This document shows, piece by piece, positions 14,070 through 27,155 of a DNA stretch of 64,000 nucleotides. Position 1 is the first letter of the stretch; every line of letters starts with the position of its first letter. The DNA is from the human T2T-CHM13v2.0 reference genome, Homo sapiens. Both the position numbers and the translations under genes were made by a program. The notes beneath the pieces are model-generated. The model was not told the origin of the DNA. It did no database searches and saw nothing but the letters and a program-made list of their open reading frames with translations. The stretch lies in assembly GCF_009914755.1 (NCBI RefSeq), contig NC_060938.1; one strand, written 5' to 3'.

Positions 14070-14992
14070 CAGCAAGTCCTCTTAACATCATCGACGGGTT
14101 CTTGGAAACTGCGACTTTAAGCAAAACAACATATAAAGAAACCAGTTATACCACAGGCTAATTGACATAAATAACAGTTAAGTTCCTATGGCATATTTCT
14201 GGTCACAAAAACATCATCAAACTTGTAAATAAAGGCCCCAAACAGTAATACTATTGCAAATTGAAATAAATGTGAGCTATTGTATTAGTCTGTTCTCACG
14301 CTGCTCATAAAGATACCTGAGACTGGGTAATTTATAAAGGAAATAGTTTTAATTGACTCGCAGTTCCACATGGCTGGGGAGGCCTCACAATCATGGCGGA
14401 AGGCAAATGAGTAGCAAAGTCATGTCCTACATGGTGGCAGGCAAGAGAACATGTGCAGGGGAACTCCCCTTTATAAAACCATCAGCTCTCATGAGACTTA
14501 TTCACTGTTATGAGAACAACATGGAAAAGACCTGCCCCCATGATTCAGTTACTTCCCACCTGGTCCCTCCCATAACGTGGGAATTATGGAAGCTACAATT
14601 CAAGATGAGATTTGGGTGGGGACAGAGCCAAACCATATCAGCTATACATACATTTAAGATTAATAAAAACAAGTAGGGTCATGATATCCTTAGTGACTCC
14701 AGTTCAGGGCTGCAGTGGCCACAGCCTCTCCTGGCAGCTCAGGGCTCAAGGTAGGAACTGACCCTGGACAGGATGCCATCCCATCTCAGGGCACACACAC
14801 CTGCACTCACCCAGACTGAGACCATGTAGACACGCCCATTCACCTAATGTGTGCATCTTTGGGAGGTAGGAGTAAACTGGAGCACCTGGAGACAATCCCC
14901 ACAGGCAGTGGCCCCAGCCAAGGAATCAATTTTTTTCTTACCATTATAACAAAATGACATTGAAAAAGACAGTGTTATTCAAGGACCTGCTG
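14070..14992 (-). mobile_element. MER6/MER6A (TcMar-Tigger) DNA transposon, split by a THE1 LTR
   Basis: Terminal inverted repeats cagcaagtcctc / aaggacctgctg flanked by TA duplications (14068-69, 14993-94); interior matches the recalled MER6 consensus. Confidence 0.82.
14281..14640 (-). mobile_element. THE1 (THE1C-like) solo LTR, MaLR
   Basis: 360 bp, tgtattagtc...ccaaaccatatca, with a perfect 5-bp TSD gctat (14276-80, 14641-45). Confidence 0.92.
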
Positions 14993-15709
14993 TATACTAT
15001 TTGGTCTTTTTTGTCTAGCTTATTTCACTTAGCATAATGTTTTCAAAGTTTATCCATGTTGTAGCATGTATAAGAATTTCATTACTTTTTATGGCAGAAT
15101 AATATTCCATCCTATGTACCTGTTCCATCCTATGTACATCTGTTTATCTATTTGTACATTGATGAACTCTTGAATTTCTTCTACCTTTTGGCTATTGTGA
15201 ATAATAGTGCCGTGAACATTGGTGTATAAGTTTGAGTATGTTTTCAGTTTTTTGAGGTATCTATCTAGCAGTGGAATTACCAAGTCATATGGTAATTCTA
15301 TGTCCAACTTATTGAGAAACTGCCTAACTCTTTTCCACAGTGGCTGCACTGGTTTACATTTCCACCAGCAATACATGAGGATTCCAGTTTCTCTCCACAT
15401 TCTTGACAACACTTATTTTTTGTTTGTTTAATAATAGCCATTCTATTTCATTGGTATTTCATTGTGGTTTTGATTTGCATTTCCCAGATGACTAATGATA
15501 TTGAGCATCTTTTCATTATCGGCCATTTGTATATCTTCTTTGGGGGAAATGTCTATTTAAGTTCTTTGCACATTTTTTAATTGAATTGGGGTTTTGTGTG
15601 TGTGTGTGTGTGTTATGAGTTCTTCATATATATATTCTGAATATTAATCCCTTATCAGTTATGTGATGTGCAAATATTTTCTTTCATTCTGTGGATTGCC
15701 TTTGTACTC

Positions 15710-16005
15710 TTTTTTTTTTTCTTCAGACAAGGTCTTGCTCTGTTGTCCAAGCTGGAGTACAGTGGTGTAATCACAGCTCACTGTAGCCTCAACCTCCTGG
15801 GCTCAAGCCATCTTCCTGCCTCAACCTCCCAAGGAGCAGGGACTACTGGCACGTGCTACCATGCCTGGCTAATTTTTGTATTTTTTGTAGAGATGGGGTT
15901 TCACCATGTTGCCCTGGCTGGTCTCAAACTCCTGAGCTCAAGCAGTCTGCCTGCCTCTGCCTCCCAAAGTGCTAGGATTACAGGCATGAACCACCATGCC
16001 TGGCC
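15710..16005 (-). mobile_element. AluJ
   Basis: Poly-T followed by an antisense Alu body ending catgcctggcc. Confidence 0.92.
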
Positions 16006-17419
16006 TCCACTGTATTCTTGGTAGTATCAGTTTATGCACAAAGTTTTTAATTTTGGCAAAGTCCAATTTATCTGTTTTTTTTTCTTGCCTGTGCTTTTAG
16101 TGTCATAGTTAGGAAATCATTGCCTAATCTAAGGTCATGAAGATTTTTCAGCTATACTTTATTCTAAGAGTGATACAATTTTAGCTCTTAAATTTAGGGC
16201 TTTGATCCATTTTTTCTGATTCATTTTTTAGTTAATTTTTGTATGTGGTGAAATGTAAGGTATCAACTTTAGACTTTCACATGTGGATGCTCGGTTTTCC
16301 GAGAACCATTTATTGAAAAGATCTCCAGCTTTACTTATGATGATAGATTGAGTTGTTGGTTTTCTCTTTCTGCCTCACAACACTGGGCAAAGGTTTGAGG
16401 CAGCTTGCAAACTGCTTCGTTCCCCTCCCTGTTACCTGGCTGGTGAGGATCAACCCTGATTCCTACAGTAATAATGGTTCTTGCACTCCCCATTTAAAAT
16501 AAGTAGCCAAGACAAAGAAGTTCTGTGGTTCTTGTTTACCAGCAATTGGCCTTTCGCATGCCTGTCTTCCCCATAAGGCTGGTAGATAGTGAGAAATGTT
16601 GAGACAAAGTATACAAGACACCTAGCACAGTGCCTACCACACAGTGGATGGATCAGTTAGGGCACTGTGTTTCCAGGCAATAGATACGGACTCTAACTAA
16701 ATTAAGCAAAAAGTGAAATTTATAGCAAGCCCATTAGGAGCTCACAGATGTATAAAAAATCTTGAAAACCAGGTTGAAAATGGGAAGGAGCCAAGGTAAT
16801 TAGAGGAAGAAGCTATCTTCTTAGCTTCTGTGGTGTGGCAGACACCAAAATTTAGTGATGCACCAAACACCAAGACAATACTTAATGCTGTATAAGAGAC
16901 TTCCCAAAGAAAATAGAGTGCAATTAGGAAGAGGGGATGAATGCTAGGTAATGATTTCTGGCAAGTTGTCTGCTATAACTCAACTCGTTGGTTTCCCAGT
17001 ATCCATATCCACATCCTTTTCACTCGTGTACTTTCCCAATTGCCCCTGCCTCACATAACATAGTTTTCGAAAATGCATTAGCCCATCCCCAGGGGAAGAC
17101 AACACAAAATGTTGTCAGTTACTGTTCCCAGTCCAGTATATCTCTGTGATGTCTACTCTATTCCTGTCACAGTCCCATCTTGCCATTCAGCAACTTATAT
17201 ACTAAATGGTGAATTTAATCGACAACCTGCTGTAGCTTGTGGGCAAGTGGGGGTTGGGGAGGGGGATAAGGTAAATTCTCTGAAAATTTAGATGTGTGCA
17301 CACCCCTATTTGTATCAGCAATATGATTTCCCCTTAATGGTCTGGGTCAATCATCCTAGCTATGGTATTTTGTTCAAAATAGTCCTTGGCTGTCCCCAAA
17401 GGACACTTCTATGGGACAG

Positions 17420-17717
17420 TTCCTTGGGAAGATTATACATCTCCATCCCACTGCTATCAGGCTGGCCATGTGGTTTGCTCTAGCCAATTGAATGTGAGTG
17501 ACTTTTATGAGGCAGCTTTAATCATATGGTTCTGCCATGAGCTTGGCACTGCTCTATATTCCATTGTCCTGGGTCCCAGAAAGAAGAGTACATGGGCAGA
17601 GCTGCACCTATTGATTCATGATTGACAAATAGTGTGAATGAAAAATAAACCTTTGTTAACCACTGAAAGTTGGGAGGCACTTGTCAAAGCACAATTAAGT
17701 CTTTACTGACTAATACA
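17420..17717 (+). mobile_element. MLT1-family LTR (MaLR) remnant
   Basis: ggccatgtggtttgctctagccaat...aataaacctttgttaaccactga...ctgactaataca terminus. Confidence 0.65.
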
Positions 17718-17937
17718 TCAGCCAATAATAACACACACCCCCACCCCAGCCTTTCATTTTGCACACTGGAAGAAGGTGCTCCAAATAGGTGGCAGTGTCA
17801 ACTTCCAACCTAGTGGGACTATGATATATTTACCTTGGTGTAAGCATTCCTCTTTTGATTACTAAAGCTTCTAAACCAGCAGTCATGAGAATGGAAAGCA
17901 AAATTTTTACAAGTGATCAACCACTTTGATTCTAGAC

Positions 17938-18104
17938 CAATACTGTCCAACAGAAATTTCTGTAATACTATCCAATATGGTAACCATTAGCCACATGTGG
18001 CTACTGAGCACTTAAAAGTGTAGCTAATGTGAGGAGCTGTATTTTTAACTTTTAGTTTTCAAATAGGTACATGTGGCTAGTGGCTACCATATTGGACAGC
18101 ACAG
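17938..18104. mobile_element. MER3 (hAT-Charlie)
   Basis: ctgtccaa...agccacatgtggctactgagcac...ttggacagcacag with a perfect 8-bp TSD ttctagac (17930-37, 18105-12). Confidence 0.85.
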
Positions 18105-18213
18105 TTCTAGACCCTCATATCCTTCTTTGGAAAAAAGAGCACTATATTCAGTCACTGGTTCAGAACACAAATAGAATCCTGCAAGATAGCATCCTATATT
18201 CTTAAGGTACTTC

Positions 18214-18649
18214 TGATGCAGGCCAGGTAAGCCGTAAAATTGGGTCTTCACCCAAGAAATAATTCAAGGGTGAGCTGGTGTTAGATAGCAATGCAGTGTA
18301 CAGCAGCAGAGGCACTGCTCCTTATGAAGCAGGGCTACCCCATAGACAGTGTGCCCAGAGTAGCAGTTCAAAGGCAGTTCTATTTATACCCACTTTTAAT
18401 TATATGCAAATTAAGGGGCAGATTATGCATAAATTTCTAGAAAAGGTGTGGTAACTTCTGGGTCATCAGGTTGTTGCCATGAAACAGGGCAGTAATGTCG
18501 ATGTTGCCATGGCAATGGTAACTGATATGACATGCTGGTGGGTGTGTCTTATGGAAAGCTGCTTTTGCCCTGTCCCTGTTTTAGCTTGTTCTCAATTTGG
18601 CCTTGTGTCCGAGTCCCACCTCCTGAGTCAATTACTACCTCCTACCTCA
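18214..18649 (-). mobile_element. ERV1 solo LTR (MER66-like)
   Basis: tgatgcagg...ctcctacctca (TG..CA termini), imperfect 4-bp TSD cttc/ctac; interior matches the recalled MER66 consensus. Confidence 0.7.
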
Positions 18650-19344
18650 CTACCTCACAGGTGCTCCTGGGACTGGTCTTCAATAAGCCAATCAACTTTT
18701 CTGTAAGGCTAGATGCTTCTGGCTGTTGGATGTGTGTTAAAGCCAGTGAATCCAAGAGCATTAGCTCATCTTTATGCTGTAACATGAGAGCAGATGCTTG
18801 TCAAAGAGGCCTTGGTTTTGCTGCAAACCCCTGCAGATCTCAGATACTCCAAACCCATTAGTTCTGCTGAGTTCTGAGACCAGCTAGCAAAGTTATCTTT
18901 CTCTTAACCTAGGCCCCACTCAAAGCTAGGTGTTCTGGGGAGGGGGTTCTTGGTAAATGACTTGTATAAAAACATCCAAGTCAGGTAGATAAGGCTGTGT
19001 CTCTGATCTTAATTCTTCAGCTCTATTGAATCTTGGGGCCCCGCAAAGCCTTCTGTTGTACCTCTACCGAAGTTCATTCACCCCTTCTTGCCTCTGTTTC
19101 TCTCTGTAAAAGCGTCACTGGCATAGCAGAACACACAAATCATTAACTCAGTATAGCGCATGTAGTTTTCCTCAAGGAAACTGAAAACAGCTTGGTCAAG
19201 AGATAGGGCTCTGGAGATTCCTAAAAGGCACATGAGCTTTGGTGTTGCCATCTTGACACTAAACTCTCTTATTTTTACAATTATTTTGTGCCCCCCCCCC
19301 AAAAAAAATTCAACTTAACTTGGGTAATGTTTTCTTATACCTCC

Positions 19345-19447
19345 CTCCAAAAAAGGTGAAAGAATAGTACAGTGAATTCCCAATACCATTTGCCTAGATT
19401 TACCAATTTTTTAAATTTTGCCTCATTTTAAAAATTTTTCTCCCATA

Positions 19448-19479
<32 letters not shown>

Positions 19480-20225
19480 TACACACACACGTACAATTTT
19501 CTGAACCATTGGAGAAGTTGGAAACATTATGCTTCTTTATCCCTAAATACTTCATTTATATTTCCTGAGAACAAAGGTGTTTTCTTACATAAAAATCACA
19601 GTGTAATTACCACAACCAGTAAATATTACATTGATAAAATACTGTTACCTTATCCATAATCTGTTCAAATTTCATCAATTGCCTCAAAATGTTTATTGTA
19701 GCTATTTTTTTCCACTCCACGGTTCAATCTGGGATTATGCAAATGTATTCTGTTGTAATATCTCTATGGCTTCCTTACTCTGGAACAGTTCCTCAGCCTG
19801 CCTTTGTCTTTATTACATTTAACATTTTTGAGGCACAGAAGCCAGTTAGTCTGAGCATATCTCTCAGTTGGGGTTTGTCTAGTGCTTTCTCTGATTAGTT
19901 TCAGATTATGCAGCATTGGCAGGAACCCAATAGAACTGACGTCACATCCTTAATACATTACATCGGGAGGCACATGTTATCTATTTGTCCCATTACTGGT
20001 GATGTTATCTTTGCTCCCTCAGTTAAGGTGATGCCTACCGGTTCTCTCCACTGTGAAGTCAATGTTTTTCTCTTTACAATTAACATGTAATTAATGGGGA
20101 GATTATTCAAGACTGTGTAAATAGCCTTCTTCATTAAACTCTTACCCACCAGTTTTAGCATCAGTTTATTTTCTGACTCCATTCTTTCCATATTCTACTA
20201 TAAAGAAGGGCTTTCCCTTTTCTCT
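19345..20225 (-). mobile_element. Old L1M (L1MC/ME-like) 3' UTR with internal (CT)n(CA)n at ~19448-19490
   Basis: aagaatagtacagtgaattccc...ttctgaaccatt...ccctaaatacttca...gtcccattactggtgatgtta motifs. Confidence 0.7.
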
Positions 20226-20236
20226 CCAAAGTTTAG

Positions 20237-20554
<318 letters not shown>

Positions 20555-21379
20555 ACTTTTAGCTTTTTGAAAATTAACAAATGTGCCTAACATATTTTCA
20601 CTCATCCCGGGCTTCCCCTATCCTGAACCTCAACCTGATGTTGGTCCTCATTCCAGATAATTTTGTTTATCACTAATAATGTTTATCACTGCCTTCCCAT
20701 TCTGACTCCTACTCCATCTCTGAGCTTCACCCATCCTAATTTCCTGTCTCCGTCTACCCCACTCTGTCTTTGGCTTTGAGTCTGGGCAATGAGCCCTGGA
20801 GAATAGCGCGGATGTTGGTAATGTACTACTGAAAGCATTTTATCTCCGAGAGAACATTAATCTTCCTCTCCTGGTAGGCATTTTATCCTATTTTTTACAT
20901 CTTGTAGATTTTTACTATTTTTCATCAATTCTGAGAGGTTTAGACAAATTTCCATTCCTAATCTTTATCTCATTGGCTTTTCCAAAGTCAAAACTGGAAT
21001 TTCTCTTCCTAAAACGAGTCCTGATTTTACTCTTTGTTTACACCTTATTCTAGAAAGTACTTTTCAAATATATACAATCTAGTAATTTTGTTAAGAGAGA
21101 GGACTAGAATTAAGGGAAGCAAGGATAGCAAAAGTAAGATTAAGCCTGAAATAAGGGTGGAATAGAAAATGCATGTCACGCGAGCTTCGTTTGGCTTCAG
21201 TCTTTCTAGCAGCCAGTGCAAAAGAGAGTTTTATCATTAACTGGTCTTCTTTCCTCACCAAATAGAGAGTGATACTGTTTAAATTCCCCCAGTTAAACCG
21301 AAGTCACTTGAAGCATGTTTCCATCATTACCCGGCATTGGGTGGTTCTATCCCAGGCTTAAGTAGTTTCCTGTGATACT

Positions 21380-21765
21380 GATCGGAACTCAGCTGAAGAC
21401 TTGGAGGAACCTCTGCAGATTTCCACAGCTCTTTCCCTCTTCAGCTTTCTCAGGGACTCTGTTTTGAGAACTTGAGTGGCCTTGCCTTCCCTGGACCCAC
21501 AAGTCTCTCTGTTCAACAAACCACTAGGCTTTATCTGTTTCCCTCCCGCTGTGCCGTTGTCGCCTGGAACATCTCCCCAGGCAGGAAAGCAAAGCGCTCA
21601 TCAGGCTTACACTTCCTTTCTCAAAGGCATCCCTGTGCCTCGCTGCCTGATTGTGCAATGTCTTGAAAACCTGTGTTTCATAGAATTTGTGTGTTTCCTT
21701 AGTTGCTTCATGTGGAAGAGTTAATCTGGTCCCTGATACTCCATCCCGAGTGGCATCAAAAGTCC
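21380..21765 (-). mobile_element. Old L1M/L1ME 5'-region fragment
   Basis: cctctgcagatttcc...ctgcctgattgtgcaatgtcttgaaaac...ttaatctggtccctgatactccatc. Confidence 0.55.
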
Positions 21766-22420
21766 CTTGTTTCTCAACAACACCACACCTTTAAGTCCTA
21801 GCCCACCTGGGACCACCAGGGATTTCTGAAGGCTGCCCTCCAGAAGGCACCAATCTGTGATCAGAAACTTTTAGGAACCACTGTGTCTTCCAGGCAACAT
21901 TTATATAAACATATAATTTTAGAAGCTCAATGACATTTTATTTTTTCTAACTGCACCCTGGATGGATGTCCTCAAATCTGCAATGATTTGGAAAAGGAAA
22001 ATTTTATACAGGCTGTTCATGTTATAAGCTGAACCTAAGACTTATTTTTTAGAATATAGTCATTATTGTTCATTGTCATGTCACATTTGTTGACAATGCC
22101 TGTCAGGTAAACACGTTTCCATCTTACATAGCTATATATGAATATATGTGGATTCACTGAGTATACTCAACTTCCCATTAACTTGGGATAAGTAAACTAT
22201 AGTGAGAATAGAAAAAGATATTTTGGAAAAAAATTAGTAGGAGTAAAAAAAAAATACTTACATATTGGAACGTATCTATCGTTTGGCACTGCATAGTAGT
22301 AGACAGACCACATGCTCCTCTCCAAGCAACTAGAGATACAACTTCTCCAAAAAGACCTTGATTTCTCAGCCAACAGCCCATCTAGAAAACAAAACAGGGG
22401 ATTACAGTCTAGACATTGTG

Positions 22421-22735
22421 GGCCAGGCACAGTGGCTCATGCCTGTAATCCCAGCACTCTGGGAGACCAAGGTGGGAGGATCACTTGAGGCCAAGAGTTT
22501 GAGGCCAGCCTAGGCAACATAGTGATCCCCATCTCTACAAAAATGATAATTTAAAAAATTAGCCAGGCATGGTGATGCACACCTGTAGCCACAGCTATTC
22601 AGGAGGCTAAGGCAGGAGGATCACTTGAGCCCAGGAAGTCAAGGTTATAGTGAGCTATGATTGTGCCACCGCACTCCAGCCTGGGTGACAAAGCATGACC
22701 CTGTCTTAAGAAACAATAAGAATAAAAATAAAAAG
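22421..22735 (+). mobile_element. AluJ (AluJo-like)
   Basis: ggaggatcacttgaggccaagagtt; A-rich tail. Confidence 0.92.
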
Positions 22736-25544
22736 ATATAGTCATCAGAGATCCCATTCCACACTCAGCAATGGGGACCATGGAGGATGGAGGTAGATAA
22801 GGAAGAGGGGTTGGGGAGAAGGAGGATTCAGGCCATGGAGAGTGCTTGGTCTTATCCTGAATTTCAAAACAATGGGCTCAACTAAGAACTAGCAGTTTGG
22901 CTGTTTTTCATTTTGGTTTTGTTCTCAAACTATTTTACAGTACTTATACATTCGGATGATGGTTAGAAGAATAAATGTGTTTCTGAATATTGTATGTAAT
23001 TTTAGCTAGACAAAGAAAGCCTTGGGGTTATATCATTCAAGGATATAACAGCCTAGTCTCTTACACGTGGGCATCTGTTGCTGCTCACTTTCAAGATTCC
23101 ACTGTGTTTGTGACTTAATTCTACTATTTTGCTGCCACCAACTGATGGATTCCCTCCATGGATCTTTAACCAAATTCCCCAAGAGATGAGATCTGATCAG
23201 CTGGCTAGTCAACATCCATTAGCAAGTGTGCTTGTTGGGCCAGCCAGTGAGACGGCTACCTTAGACTCAGGTGCCAACCTGTGACATAGGGCAGCAAGGT
23301 CATGTGGGATAAAGCAAGATCATCCATCCAGGCCACCAAAAGAGGCTGTGAGTGTGGCAGGTGCTCGGTATCCCACATCCAGTACAAAAGTGGAAGATTT
23401 TACTTAACATTTTCAACAGTACACACGAGTCCCTGAGCTAATCTTTTTAGGAGATAAAGATATGGGAAAGACTTGATTTCTGTCATGTCATTGAGGAATG
23501 GTGATAGATGCTGTACAGCTAGGAGACAAGCCAGAGAATGAACGGCAGGGTGGAAGAATGGCAGAGCAAGCAGATGTGGAATGTTAGTTCCCACCTGAGT
23601 TAAACATGCAGGTCAATTGCTTAACTCAGGGCCTGTTACACAGTGAGTGCGCAGTAAGTGATAGTTGTTACTATGGAGACAGAAGATAAACCCCCATCCC
23701 AGAGCCTCCCAGGCATATTCTTGAGTCCCACCCAGTTATGCTGAATCAAGAAGCGTTGGCAAATGGCACAGCCAGTCTGTAGTGATTCAAATGCTTTTGT
23801 AAAGTTAGGGAGAGCAAGGCAGGGGAAAGGTCCAGAGGGGCTGCTGTCATTCCAAACAGTTCTTAACTATTCCCCGAAGGCTGCCCTGAGCAGCCTTGGG
23901 AAGCGCAACGTGGGACTCCTCCTCTCTTCCTGGGAACAAGAACTTGGGGAAGCTTTGAGTGGTTTCACATCTCCAGTGCCCTCAGTCCTTTGGTGTGTCA
24001 GCAAAACCAGCTGGCACCATACTTTAACAGGGCCCGATTCACATGGCAGTCTTGGGATTTGTGGATTCAGATGAACTCTTGCTGGCTTCTTTCTGGCACC
24101 TTCAACTTCTTCAAAGCCATAAACCACAGTGGTTGCTTGAGCTTTTTCCTGAACAGCAAATGGCTTTGTTTTCTTTGTCCCCAGCCCCTATAGAGCTGGC
24201 CTTGTGATTACTGTGAGCAGCAGGGGGGCTCATGTTGAGGCCCCCGCCCACTGCTTTGCAGGCAGGGTGACCCTCTGTTCTTAGACATTGTGATTCCCCC
24301 CAGATACGTGTGAGTCAAGTTGAATGAATAGCAAGGAATATTTCATGCAGCACACCAGACACTGCTCCTAAAGTTCATTTGGGTCTCAACGTCCAATTGG
24401 CCAGTTAATCTTTTCACTGCAAAAAAGATCACCATGACTTTTGAAAAATCACCTTTGAAATATATCCAGGCAGGTTCTCAGCCTTTAAGGAGCACAGAAG
24501 CCAGCCCACCAGCCCACCAGGCCCACCAGCAATGCTGCTTAGAGCCCTGATGGAGGCAGGAGCTAGACAGAGGTGGCCGTCCTCAGGAATTGCTTCCTAC
24601 TGGCCAGGAGAGTTCACTTCAAAGGATGTGAATATGAATTGTATCCTTGTGACTAAATTTGGTTTAACTTCTAACTTGCAAACCATGGCTGATTGTTTAT
24701 TTTGTTAATGGAGGAGGGGTGCTGTTTTCAGCCACTGCAGAGGCTGGTCAGGGAAGGGGCTTGTGGCTGAGCATCATACTCCTTATCTGAGGGAAGGCAT
24801 CTGATCCTCCTTCACGGCCCCTCTCCTTCCCAGGGGCCCCACATTGCCACTCCACTTTATTCCTAATTCTTGGCTTGAGCCCCTTCTCTGAGAGAGAAAG
24901 GAACATGGCCAGGGAACTAGCATTCCCACCAAATCTTCAAAGCCAGTGGAGGCCACAGAAGAGCTGGTGGGGAGGGGTGGCAGGGAAACTTGATTTCTAA
25001 AACAGGGTTGCTAAATACTCCAGACTTGGCTGCTTAGAAAATGCATTGACCTCAAAAGGACAGGACACCCTCCCCTGCCAGGGGAACTTGGGATTTGTTG
25101 CTGCTCTGGCTGACTTCTGTGCCCACCTGAACACACAGAGCTTAGGGCTCCCTGTGTTAGAGTCACCACGTAATTTGTTCATCTCTCTGTCATCCAAGAT
25201 GAAAGTTATTTACTAATGACTCCCTTTTCGTCCCTTTTAATTCACCGGAGGGGCCCTTCTAACCTCTCAATTCAGGCCAGTAGGTTTCCTGAGCTTGGTA
25301 AGGATGAGAAAGGAGGAAGCAGTCTTTTTCAGTGCATGTTCTGAAGGCTAGAGACTTGCATGGAGGCCCGTAGACACAAGAGACATGTAAAACCAGCCTC
25401 AGGTGCATCATTCTTTTCAAGACTTAGAACATAACAGGCTTAGAGGAATATGCCCAGAAGAACGTGGCTACTCTCTCCCACAGCCACTTTGCATAGGGCT
25501 AAGCAAAGGAAATAAAACTAATACTACCACATGGCTGGCACTCT

Positions 25545-25760
25545 GTGTTTACCCCATGCTAGGTACCACACTAAGTGCTTCCCGTGTAGCATCTCATTTA
25601 AATCTTCAAAATAACACCATGATGTAGGCATCATCATTGTCATCAGCATTACTTAGATGAAAAACTGAGGCTCAGAGAAGGTGCATGACCTGCCCAAGGG
25701 TGTGCCATCACTAACTGGTTAAGGCAGGATTTGAACCCAGAAAGTCTGCCTTAACCACTC
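25545..25760 (-). mobile_element. MIR
   Basis: atctcatttaaatcttc...agatgaaaaactgaggctcagaga...tgcccaagg...ggatttgaaccca. Confidence 0.8.
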
Positions 25761-26771
25761 CATGGTCCCCAGTTACAATCTGTTGAATGGATGAATTACA
25801 GTCTTTTGCTTCCTTACCCTAATCTCTATTTGGCATATAATATATAAGCCCCACTTATGGCTACTAAACACCTACCCCATGGGCTGCTTCTGCAGGAAGC
25901 CCCTTCCCTGTTCTGGGCACGGCCTCTGTTCCCCCAGAGCCCTGCAACCAATTCTACACTGTAATCTAGGGCTGCAGAGAAGTGAGCTGCAGACACTTTT
26001 GTTCCTTAGGTAAATTCCATTTCCTTTTCTATTGTCTCAGGCTTCTTAGTGATGTAACATTACACCAAGCATATCCTGCTTTTAAAAAGAAACTTCGATG
26101 GAGGTTGGCAAATTACCATTCACAGCTTGGTGAATGATAAAGTCACAAGAGAAGAGTGGAAGCAATGCACCTGGTGTCCGTAATTATAGGCTTGAATGAG
26201 GGAGGAAAGAAGGGATGAAGGCAGGCCAAATACAGCTGGGTGTGGGAGACTGGCTCAGAGGGGATTTGAGAGGACTAGGAAACGGAAGGATGTTATAGAG
26301 CAAGTACTTTTAATCTCCCTCTATCCCACCCCAGTCTTGCACTCCCACCTTCTGCTCCTTACCTTGGTTTTCTTTTTTTGATCTGTGTTTTTCCTGATCT
26401 CAAAGATCTCTTTGTCCATCTTCCCATAACAGCACCAGATGAACTGTGATGATCAAAATAAAAGCTCTTGAGGCATCCTCAAGTCAATCTGTGTTTTGCT
26501 TCTTCAGTTGGGTCCTCTGATCTGTATTATGTCTGAAAACATACCAGAACACTCCAAGAATTTACTCCAGAGACAATAACTGAGGGCACTAGAAAACAGA
26601 AGTCATGATGTCCACTATCCCTTAAACTAGACTTCTTCAGTTACTCCTTTTAATTTTGAAGTGAAATTAGTATATTTTGTACTTGGAAAATAATCTGATC
26701 TCTCAGGACTGCACTGTGGCTATTTAAATTATAATTAAAATGAATGAACATCAGATAAAATTAGAAGTTTA

Positions 26772-27065
<294 letters not shown>

Positions 27066-27155
27066 TTAATTCCTCAGTTGCACTACTTGTACTTCAGGTG
27101 CTCAGTAGCCACATGTGGCTTGCAGCTCTCATACTGAACAGTGCAGATATAGACA

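Larger units (their letters stand above)
13790..16322 (-). mobile_element. Old L1M (L1MB-like) 3' region, interrupted by MER6, THE1 and AluJ
   Basis: T-rich 3' end at ~13790. ORF 15089-15412 resembles the L1 ORF2 C-terminus (CWWKCKPVQPLWK, IELPYDLVIPLL). L1 sequence resumes in register after each insertion. Confidence 0.88.

Noticed and set aside
15105-15137. 15-bp direct repeat ttccatcctatgtac
   Set aside because: Simple slippage duplication inside an old L1.
24215-24231. Weaker CTCF-like motifs here and at ~17780-17797
   Set aside because: Mismatches in core positions; not supportable without ChIP data.
24499-24530. gcccacca repeated three times
   Set aside because: Short tandem repeat with no spacers; not CRISPR-like and no functional evidence.
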